NCBI RefSeq assembly: GCF_018398935.1
Contig: NZ_CP074694.1
Span: 5,100,001 to 5,132,000, forward strand
DNA: 32,000 nt
Origin: Telmatocola sphagniphila
GTDB taxonomy: Bacteria; Planctomycetota; Planctomycetia; Gemmatales; Gemmataceae
Reading direction: 5' to 3'
Shown here: one piece after another, positions 1 to 6,665 of the stretch
How positions within the stretch are numbered: position 1 is the first letter of the stretch
Layout of the letters: the number at the start of each line of letters is the position of its first letter
Position numbers and translations under genes: made by a program
The notes under the pieces: generated by a model
Told to the model about the DNA's origin: nothing
Databases searched by the model: none
The model's input: only the letters and a program-made list of their open reading frames with translations

Positions 1-471
1 GGTCAAGCCGATGAACACGCCGTATTGCTGGTTGAATTGATCGCCATCGGAGGGGCACAGGAAGCTCTTCACTACCGTGCGACCAGCCGTGATGCCCGGG
101 GCCGTGGCGCCCAGACCGATGGAGCCCCACCAGTTGCTGCTGTAAGAGTCCATGAACATATTCGCGGGAATCAGGTTGTACGCGTTACCCTGCTCGATGT
201 ACGGCAGAATATAGGCCATCACACCCAACCACGAGGTGCTGGCATTCAAGCCGGGAGGGAAGTAACCGTAGGCGCTTTCGTAGTTGTGAGAGGCCAGAGC
301 GATCTGCTTCAGGTTGTTCTGGCAGCTCATACGAGCCGCGGCTTCACGAACCTTCTGCACCGCCGGCAGCAACAGACCGATCAGGATCGCGATGATCGCG
401 ATCACCACCAGCAACTCGATCAGCGTGAAACCGCGTCGAGCTTGCTTACGGGCGTTCAACAATTTCAACAT
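1..471 (-). CDS. Prepilin-like DUF1559 / H-X9-DG family protein, N-terminal 157 codons only (C-terminus lies beyond the left window edge)
   Basis: Minus-strand ATG at 469-471 with GGAG about 6 nt upstream. Translation is [66 protein letters not shown]... and the frame stays open to base 1. It has the prepilin (class III) leader motif G/FTLIE. The first ~200 nt plus the leader are nearly identical to the paralog at 1890-2105. Confidence 0.85.
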   Translation of the reverse strand, partial: MLKLLNARKQARRGFTLIELLVVIAIIAILIGLLLPAVQKVREAAARMSCQNNLKQIALASHNYESAYGYFPPGLNASTSWLGVMAYILPYIEQGNAYNLIPANMFMDSYSSNWWGSIGLGATAPGITAGRTVVKSFLCPSDGDQFNQQYGVFIGLT

Positions 472-635
472 GCCGCACTCCAACAAAAGAAAAAAAGAAA
501 AATGAAAGAAACAACTCACAACTACTGCTTGTGTGGAATCGAGATTTATCGCAACTCCTGAACAAACAAACAGTTCCTGACAGCCTCAAATGTGGCGATG
601 AGATAATGTGCAGAACAGAGGAAAGTTTCTCTGCT

Positions 636-816
636 TAATTGATAATGAAAATGCTATTAAATAACAATGATTTATAAATTAATAATTGATTTTTAATTCG
701 ATTAAAATTTGTTTATCTGATGTGAAAATCAACAAATTAAAGAGTCAAATCTGGCTGAAGGCTCACTTCCACCAGATTATATAAATATTATTTAATTTAA
801 AATAAGACTCATTTAA
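636..816 (-). promoter_or_regulatory. AT-rich island upstream of the DUF1559 gene at 1-471 (putative promoter/regulatory region)
   Basis: By eye this stretch is strongly AT-rich (ttaattgataatgaaaatgctattaaataacaatgatttataaattaataattgatttttaattcg...) within an otherwise ~55% GC context. It contains the 14-mer AATATTATTTAATT at 784-797, which recurs twice at 6264-6295. Confidence 0.3.
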
Positions 817-990
817 TCAATCAGATCCCTTGGGTTTGGGAGCTTCTGCCGCTTTACCATTCTTGCCGACTGGACCCGGAGGAGCTGTCGGGGGAGCCTT
901 CGTCGCGGTAGGCTTGCTCGATTCGCCCCCACAGCCCGCCAGAAGACCAAAACAACCACACAGTACACACACGCTCAGTAACTTTCTCAC
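817..990 (-). CDS. Small lipoprotein, Pro/Ala/Lys-rich, 57 aa (cassette partner of the DUF1559 gene at 1074-2090)
   Basis: GTG at 988-990 (minus strand) with GAAGGG 8 nt upstream. Translation is (M)RKLLSVCVLCGCFGLLAGCGGESSKPTATKAPPTAPPGPVGKNGKAAEAPKPKGSD, with lipobox LLAGC. The ORF track starts it at ATG 1050, but that ATG lies inside a terminator-like hairpin and would add a non-signal-like extension. The start codon remains uncertain. Confidence 0.6.
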   Translation of the reverse strand: MRKLLSVCVLCGCFGLLAGCGGESSKPTATKAPPTAPPGPVGKNGKAAEAPKPKGSD

Positions 991-1013
991 TGCTTCTGCC
1001 CTTCTACTTGATG

Positions 1014-1051
1014 TTAAAACGAAAATGGCGAAAAGTTCCCTTCTCGCCATT
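1014..1051 (-). terminator. Intrinsic-terminator-like hairpin between the DUF1559 gene and its lipoprotein gene
   Basis: On the minus strand: AATGGCGA - 12 nt loop - TCGCCATT (perfect 8-bp stem, + coordinates 1024-1051), followed by TTCGTTTTAA. Confidence 0.5.
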
Positions 1052-1073
1052 CAATTTTCAAATCTCGAGTTTA

Positions 1074-2090
1074 TTAATTGCCGCCGATCAGATCGAAGTT
1101 GATGATATTACCATCCGAGATACCGCCGGCCGACTGCAGGGCCACCCAATCCGCTGAATAAGGAGTGGTACCCACGCCTTTGCGAAGGTGACGAACCGAG
1201 CCATCAGCATAAGCGAATTGAATGATATCGGTGTGCTTGCTGCTGAAGTTGTACCAATTCGAAGGTTTTGGCAGACCCCAGTACAAAGGCATCGAACCCG
1301 CACCCGCCCAGGTCAACGAATAATCCCGAGGACCGGTATCCGTCCCACCCAGGGTTTCGCCGAACGCGATCGTGTTCGACGTACCGTCGGTGATGGACAC
1401 AATCGACGTCTTGGAATCTAGAAAGTAGATCCCGCCGTACGGCTGGAAGGTCGGACCAAATGCACCCGCACAACCAATGTAGTTTGATCGACCGGCCGGG
1501 GGATTGGGACTGCTACCGCCACCCGCGGCGTTACCGCCGTTAGCGTTATAGAAGCCGTAGAAGGTCGAATTGTACTGATCGATCACCAGACCGATGAACA
1601 CGCCGTATTGCTGATTGAATTGATCGCCATCGGACGGACACAGATAAGACTTAATCACCGTTCGGGCGGCAGTGATACCCGGAGCCGTGGCACCCAAACT
1701 GATCGAGCCCCACCACAGTGAACTGTAGGTCGGCTGGAACATCGCCGAAGGAATCAGATTGTACGCATTGCCTTGTTCGATATAGGGCAGAATTTCAGCG
1801 AGGACCCCCAGCAGGGATTGATTACCCGCACTCATACCGGCTTGAAGATTCGTGGGATTCACGACCAAACCGGGAGGAAATACCCCGTAGGCGCTTTCGT
1901 AGTTGTGAGAGGCCAGAGCGATTTGCTTCAGGTTGTTCTGGCAGCTCATGCGAGCCGCGGCTTCACGAACCTTCTGCACCGCCGGCAGCAACAGACCGAT
2001 CAGGACTGCGATAATCGCAATCACCACCAGCAACTCGATCAGCGTGAAACCGCGTCGAGCCTGCTTTCGGGCATTCAACAATTTCAACAT
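1074..2090 (-). CDS. Prepilin-like DUF1559 / H-X9-DG family protein (338 aa)
   Basis: ATG at 2088-2090 with GGAG upstream. The ORF-track start at 2207 would add 39 implausible residues. N-terminus is [57 protein letters not shown]-terminal H-X9-DG motif is HTDIIQFAYADGSVRHL. A CPSD motif is also present. Confidence 0.9.
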   Translation of the reverse strand: MLKLLNARKQARRGFTLIELLVVIAIIAVLIGLLLPAVQKVREAAARMSCQNNLKQIALASHNYESAYGVFPPGLVVNPTNLQAGMSAGNQSLLGVLAEILPYIEQGNAYNLIPSAMFQPTYSSLWWGSISLGATAPGITAARTVIKSYLCPSDGDQFNQQYGVFIGLVIDQYNSTFYGFYNANGGNAAGGGSSPNPPAGRSNYIGCAGAFGPTFQPYGGIYFLDSKTSIVSITDGTSNTIAFGETLGGTDTGPRDYSLTWAGAGSMPLYWGLPKPSNWYNFSSKHTDIIQFAYADGSVRHLRKGVGTTPYSADWVALQSAGGISDGNIINFDLIGGN

Positions 2091-2249
2091 GCCGCACTCC
2101 AAAAAGGAAAAATGAAAAAAATAACCTCGACTTAGTAGGAACTGAAATTCCTGAGTAGCCAGCGGTTCCGTGTTGACCCAAACCAAGGAGAGAAAAAGGA
2201 TAGACAAAGAAGCAAAAGGGTCAGTCAGAGCCGTCTGTTTGAGGTTTGG

Positions 2250-2560
2250 ACATGATAAGTTAATGAGAAATTCATTTCAATATCTTTTAGCTTGTTTTTT
2301 ATCATATTATTCTAATTTTAGATTTTATCTATATTTATTAACTTTAATTAATATCAATCGCAAACTATTGAGCTTCCTACATTTAATGCGTTATGGCAGA
2401 ATTCTCTCGCTCGCGAAAGCACGTTTTTTCCGCTGCAAATGGAAATCACATTCTTCCTAAGACGATTTTTGCGGAGCATCGCGAATACTTTGTTCTTATC
2501 TTTTGCGATTTCCACTTAATAGATTTATAAAAATTTCTTAAGTCGAAAATTTGTTGTCTG
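2250..2560 (-). promoter_or_regulatory. AT-rich island upstream of the DUF1559 gene at 1074-2090
   Basis: Visibly AT-rich (atcatattattctaattttagattttatctatatttattaactttaattaatatc...). It contains ATATTATTCTAATT (2304-2317), a one-insertion variant of the 14-mer seen at 784 and 6264/6282. Confidence 0.3.
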
Positions 2561-3247
2561 GAGAGACATTTGGTGAGAATTCGGACTAAAAGTGAATGTC
2601 GACTCCGGCCGATTCTTGCCGGGTCTCAGATTGACGGCCCGGCTTCACCGGCAACTCGTCTGACAAAATCGATCCGTTTTTGAGACTGAATTTCGAAGGG
2701 CAAGGAAGATCTTTACGATGCCTGCCCTGCCCACTTTCACCTGGACGGCCGCGACCTCCCTACTTCAAAAACAGCTAAAACTCTTTGAAAATCAGTTGAT
2801 CGACCCATTCCATGACGGATAAGCCTGGGAATCGCTGGAGAAACTGACGCCAGACTCGACGATACCTGTGCTTCAGAGAATACAGATTCAAAACGCAGTA
2901 TTTCATCGACTGCATTTGCCTCGCACTGCCTTTTTGGTGCCTGAACTTCCCCCAATATACAAAACCGTGATCGGATGGCCGGGAAAGTGAAAACGGCGAA
3001 CCTTCCGCTCAAATCCGATTGCGGTCGAAGATTCTCGACCCACTGAATGCCGAGGCCGTTCGCGCCGTCGTCTTACGAGGAGTCGCGTTGTCGAAAAGCT
3101 CTGACAAAGAGGAATTCGAAGCCGAACGGGAGGCAATTTCGATCGATTTATTGGCGGGATGGGGTTCAGAAGTCGAGTTGCGAGATTTCGAAGTGCAGAC
3201 GCGAGGGGCCGTTGGTCCCTGTGGCGCGTCTGGTGAATGAAACAGGA

Positions 3248-3448
3248 TTACTGAGGCGTCTGAGGGGCGGTACTGTTGGATTGCTTGCCGTCGGAAGGGG
3301 AATTCTTACCGGGAGCGGCGGAAGCCCCTGCGGCGGCAGGTTTGGGAGCATCTTTGCCTACGGGCTTCAGATCCTTGTTGAGATCCTTTTCTCCGCAACC
3401 AACGAGAAAAAGCGTAGTAATCATGGCGAAGATTTGCAGCGAACGCAT
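3248..3448 (-). CDS. Small lipoprotein, Pro/Ala/Lys-rich, 66 aa (cassette partner of 3522-4586)
   Basis: Translation is MRSLQIFAMITTLFLVGCGEKDLNKDLKPVGKDAPKPAAAGASAAPGKNSPSDGKQSNSTAPQTPQ. It has a signal peptide plus lipobox FLVGC, and the mature part is low-complexity only. Confidence 0.65.
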   Translation of the reverse strand: MRSLQIFAMITTLFLVGCGEKDLNKDLKPVGKDAPKPAAAGASAAPGKNSPSDGKQSNSTAPQTPQ

Positions 3449-3477
3449 GCGGTCAACCTCTGAGTCTTTAAAAGAAA

Positions 3478-3516
3478 AAGAGCATTGGAATCACACTCCA
3501 ATGCTCGAAGAATCAA
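3478..3516 (-). terminator. Rho-independent terminator/attenuator between the DUF1559 gene and its lipoprotein gene
   Basis: On the minus strand: GAGCATTGGA-gtgtgat-TCCAATGCTC (perfect 10-bp stem, + coordinates 3490-3516), followed immediately by TTTTTCTTTT. Confidence 0.7.
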
Positions 3517-3521
3517 CTCGA

Positions 3522-4586
3522 TCAATTAGAAAGTACGTCGTTCAGGTTCACATCCCCATCCGACTTGCCGGCGAGTCGTTGTAAGGCATCCCAGGCGGTA
3601 TTGGTTCGATCTTTAATTTCCTGAGACGATGCAGGAGTATTGTTACCCGATCGAAGGCCACGCACCGAGCCATCGCCGAAGGCGACGTTGTAAATTCCGG
3701 TGTGAAAACTGGAATAGGTGAACAAGCCTTTATCTTTCGTAGCCGACCAATACGAAGGCATGCCGGTGGCGTTGAACCAAGAGAACGACCAGGAACGCGC
3801 ATTGTTATCGAAGGCACCGGTAACTTCGGCGAAGAGGATCGTATTCGAAGTTCCATCGGTGATGCTGATCAGCGCGGTCCCTTTTTCTCCGGTAAAGACC
3901 CCTTCGTGAGCGGCATAAAAAGGCTGCGAAAGACTGGCGGAATTGGTGACAACGTAGTGGCCGAGGGTTCCTCCAACTGGAATATAATTCGTCATGCCGG
4001 GCAATCCGCCCGAGGCTTGCAGGCTGCTGGAAGTGAATCCGTTGACGCTACCCGCTCCCCGGATGGTCGCTCCGCCGATAGGCGTCACGTTTCCTTGTCC
4101 GATGTCAAATGCAATCGCGCCTGAGGCTTGATAGAGAGAAGGATCGGAAGGACATTCGTAAGTTTTGACGCGATTTCGCGCGGCATTGAAAACCGTCGGC
4201 CAGAAAGCAATGAGACCCGTGGAATCATCCAATGGGGAAGTGGTGTTGGACTCCGGAGTCACGGTAGTGATGCGCGGGTCGATCTGCTTGTAAATATTGT
4301 CTTGCTCGAGATACGGCAATATGAGAGTCAGAGGTCCCACGTGGCTCCAACGATGCTTTCCGTAAGGCAGCACGCCATTCGCCGATTCATAGTTATGAGC
4401 ACCCAGAGCGATCTGCTTCATATTATTCTGGCAACTCATGCGGGCCGCGGCTTCACGAACCTTCTGCACAGCCGGTAGCAACAGACCAATCAAGATCGCG
4501 ATGATCGCGATCACCACCAGCAACTCGATCAGCGTAAAAGCCTTTCGAGGCCGGTTTTTCTTAAACCAACCCATTCGTTGAAACAT
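3522..4586 (-). CDS. Prepilin-like DUF1559 / H-X9-DG family protein (354 aa)
   Basis: ATG at 4584-4586 is preceded by AGGAG (caggagtattgATG). The ORF-track start at 4724 is an unlikely extension. N-terminus is [60 protein letters not shown]9-DG motif is [17 protein letters not shown]. Confidence 0.9.
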   Translation of the reverse strand: MFQRMGWFKKNRPRKAFTLIELLVVIAIIAILIGLLLPAVQKVREAAARMSCQNNMKQIALGAHNYESANGVLPYGKHRWSHVGPLTLILPYLEQDNIYKQIDPRITTVTPESNTTSPLDDSTGLIAFWPTVFNAARNRVKTYECPSDPSLYQASGAIAFDIGQGNVTPIGGATIRGAGSVNGFTSSSLQASGGLPGMTNYIPVGGTLGHYVVTNSASLSQPFYAAHEGVFTGEKGTALISITDGTSNTILFAEVTGAFDNNARSWSFSWFNATGMPSYWSATKDKGLFTYSSFHTGIYNVAFGDGSVRGLRSGNNTPASSQEIKDRTNTAWDALQRLAGKSDGDVNLNDVLSN

Positions 4587-4724
4587 CAATACTCCTGATG
4601 AGAACAAGAAGCCCAAAGCAGCAATTCGGCAAAAAGAAATAAGCCTATACCAACGCCTCTCTGGGCATAAATCGGGCAGGGAAGAGGTATAATTAAAGTT
4701 ATTTTCATTAAAATAGCAATTCAA

Positions 4725-4900
4725 TAATATTTTCTTTATTTTTTAGAAAAACTCAAAAATGAATTGGAATACTCGCAAAAACGACTGGTTAATCTTCACA
4801 AAATTTGGGATTATCAGCGTTTTAGATTAAACGATAATTTGAATATGATAGTGTTATGACAAGCCATGTAATCGTTTTATTAAAATATCTTGATCAATTG
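4725..4900 (-). promoter_or_regulatory. AT-rich island upstream of the DUF1559 gene at 3522-4586
   Basis: Visibly AT-rich (caataatattttctttattttttagaaaaactcaaaaatgaattgg ... gttttattaaaatatcttgatcaattg). It sits between the lipoprotein terminator and the next cassette. Confidence 0.3.
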
Positions 4901-4914
4901 AAGTAGCACGAAGT

Positions 4915-4952
4915 GGAAAAATGAGAGGGGCCGGGCTTGGGCTTTCCCGGCC
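4915..4952 (-). terminator. Probable terminator after the lipoprotein gene 4974-5168
   Basis: On the minus strand: GGCCGGG - 10 nt - CCCGGCC (+ coordinates 4929-4952), then cctctcaTTTTTcc. The U-run starts 7 nt after the stem. Confidence 0.5.
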
Positions 4953-4973
4953 TGCAGAGCTTCAAAATCGATC

Positions 4974-5168
4974 TCAACTCTTGGGCGGAGCGTTGATCGC
5001 CGGAGCCTTACTTTGGGGCGATGCGGCCCCCGGCTTCACTCCGGCTGGCGGCTTAGCCGCCGCTTCCTTTGGGGCGGCATCGTGGGGCTTGCTTTCACTG
5101 TTACACCCCGTCAGGACCACGAGGCCAACAGCTCCCCGGGCCAACCAACTTAAACTGCGCTTTTTCAC
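4974..5168 (-). CDS. Small lipoprotein, Pro/Ala/Lys-rich, 64 aa (cassette partner of 5206-6201)
   Basis: GTG start at 5166-5168 with GAAGGGA upstream. Translation is MKKRSLSWLARGAVGLVVLTGCNSESKPHDAAPKEAAAKPPAGVKPGAASPQSKAPAINAPPKS, with lipobox VLTGC. Confidence 0.65.
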   Translation of the reverse strand: MKKRSLSWLARGAVGLVVLTGCNSESKPHDAAPKEAAAKPPAGVKPGAASPQSKAPAINAPPKS

Positions 5169-5205
5169 TGCGTTCCCTTCTTGAAAATATGGGTTTTAAG
5201 TTCGA

Positions 5206-6201
5206 TCAGTTCGAATACGGATTGGGCGAAGGGATCACCTGGCCATCCGCCATCCCCGAGAGTTGAATCAGACCGCCGAAGGTGTTGCCGCCTCCTTTGA
5301 TCAGCGTTCGCACCGAGCCGTCGCAGTAGGTCACGTTCAGAACTCCCGGATGGTTGCTGCCGAATTGATACCAGCCGGCTTCCACGTTGGGGATATCGTA
5401 AGCGGTCCCCATGGAGCCGACCCCGAACCAGGAAAAGAGCGTCGAGCGCGTTCCGGTCTGTTCTCCACCGAGACTTTCGCCGAACATCAGGGTGTTGGAG
5501 GTTCCATCGATGATACCGGTGATAGTCACCTTGGATTGCGTCGTGAATACGCCTTGATACGGGGCCCAGCCGTTGCTCGAAGCGAATGCCCCAAGCCCGC
5601 CGGCCACGCCCAAATAATTCGTCAAACCGAGCGTGGGGGTGGCGCCCGGACCGAAACTCGCCGCCGTTATGGAACCGGAATTCGGATCGTACTCTTGAGC
5701 TGCCAGCAGCACGAAAATGCTGGCACTGGAGGCCCATTGATAAGGATCATCCGAAGGACACTGAAGAATCTTGAGGCGATACTGCGCGGCCGTCCACTGC
5801 TCGTTGACACCCCACCAGTTGGGGCCTGGGGTGTTGACGCCTCCCGTGAGCGTCGAAGAGAATATCGAGTAAATGTTCCCTTGTTCGAGATAGGGTAGTA
5901 ACTGAGGAATTAGACCCACAAAACGGTAACTCCAGAAGTCGCCCACGCCATAATTAGTGCCAGGGGCCGGCCCATAGTATCCCGCCGGCAGCACGCCATA
6001 GGTGCTTTCAAAATTCAGAGCGGCCAGACCCAACTGCTTGAGATTATTCTGGCAGGACATGCGAGCGGCTGCCTCGCGAACTTTCTGCACGGCCGGTAAC
6101 AGCAGGCCGATGAGAATGGCAATAATGGCGATGACCACTAAGAGTTCGATCAGCGTGAAACCGCGACGTAACCTGCGCACTTCCGATGGCAATGACAACA
6201 T
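5206..6201 (-). CDS. Prepilin-like DUF1559 / H-X9-DG family protein (331 aa)
   Basis: ATG at 6201 with GGGAG upstream. N-terminus is [56 protein letters not shown]. It has a CPSD motif and the H-X9-DG motif [17 protein letters not shown]. Confidence 0.9.
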   Translation of the reverse strand: MLSLPSEVRRLRRGFTLIELLVVIAIIAILIGLLLPAVQKVREAAARMSCQNNLKQLGLAALNFESTYGVLPAGYYGPAPGTNYGVGDFWSYRFVGLIPQLLPYLEQGNIYSIFSSTLTGGVNTPGPNWWGVNEQWTAAQYRLKILQCPSDDPYQWASSASIFVLLAAQEYDPNSGSITAASFGPGATPTLGLTNYLGVAGGLGAFASSNGWAPYQGVFTTQSKVTITGIIDGTSNTLMFGESLGGEQTGTRSTLFSWFGVGSMGTAYDIPNVEAGWYQFGSNHPGVLNVTYCDGSVRTLIKGGGNTFGGLIQLSGMADGQVIPSPNPYSN

Positions 6202-6254
6202 TCTTACTCCCGATAGAATGAAACGAAAAAAACAACTGTGGGCAATGCGTCCTG

Positions 6255-6480
6255 ATAAACATGAATATTATTTAATTTGTTAATATTATTTAATTATTAA
6301 CCGCATTTTAAGCTATCGGCAGGTGGTGACCGCGACTTCTCGTTGAAAATATGTTAGTCAAATCCCGGGTAAATGAGCAAGAGCTGTTCCCGGATTAAAA
6401 AATGCTCATCATTTATTAATGAGAGTTAATCAGCCATAATATAAATATATTTTAATATTAATGGAAATTTCGAAGTTATT
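6255..6480 (-). promoter_or_regulatory. AT-rich island upstream of the DUF1559 gene at 5206-6201, with tandem 14-mer repeats
   Basis: AATATTATTTAATT occurs at 6264-6277 and again at 6282-6295 (18-bp register). The near-palindromic ATAAATATATTTTAATATTA lies at 6441-6460. Confidence 0.35.
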
Positions 6481-6665
6481 GTGCGGGAAAATGGCCGACT
6501 TTTTAGGTCGTTTTTAATGAGTAGCGGATCTGAAAATGGCTCTCATTTTAACCCGATTTTTCGAGAGCAAAATCGGGAGGTAATTAGGGTGTCCTGAAAT
6601 TCCCTTGAGCCGATGTCGCCAGATAATACAGCTCGTCCTGGAGATTGTGCAATATTGCTCACCAC

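Noticed and set aside
314-505. Plus-strand ORFs recurring with similar sequences (314-505, 1933-2115, 6002-6283; also 25-561, 1773-2135, 4128-4478), e.g. [24 protein letters not shown]...
   Set aside because: They lie antisense to the highly conserved N-terminal coding region of the DUF1559 genes. Their apparent conservation mirrors the conserved sense strand. The composition (Arg/Ser/Thr/Ala-rich, no start context) is typical of shadow ORFs.
817-1050. ATG at 1050 as the start of the first mini-lipoprotein (77-aa version from the ORF track)
   Set aside because: The ATG lies within the stem of a terminator-like hairpin (1024-1051). The extra 20 residues (MARRELFAIFVLTSSRRAEA) do not look like part of a signal peptide. 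GTG 990 with GAAGGG upstream gives a canonical K-rich n-region, h-region and lipobox. I am not certain of this choice.
1074-2207. Long N-terminal extensions suggested by the ORF track (1074-2207, 3522-4724, 13542-14291, 22796-23626, 9398-10654, 27902-28735)
   Set aside because: Internal ATGs with SD-like sequences give N-termini that match the paralogs or the expected signal or leader sequences. The extensions start at rare codons or run through AT-rich, repeat or hydrophobic nonsense sequence.
6552-6577. Hairpin CCCGATTTT-tcgagagc-AAAATCGGG about 90 nt downstream of mnmG as its terminator
   Set aside because: The 9-bp stem is perfect but AT-rich, and on the minus strand it is followed by TTAAAATGAGA rather than a U-tract. 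That is not convincing enough to annotate.
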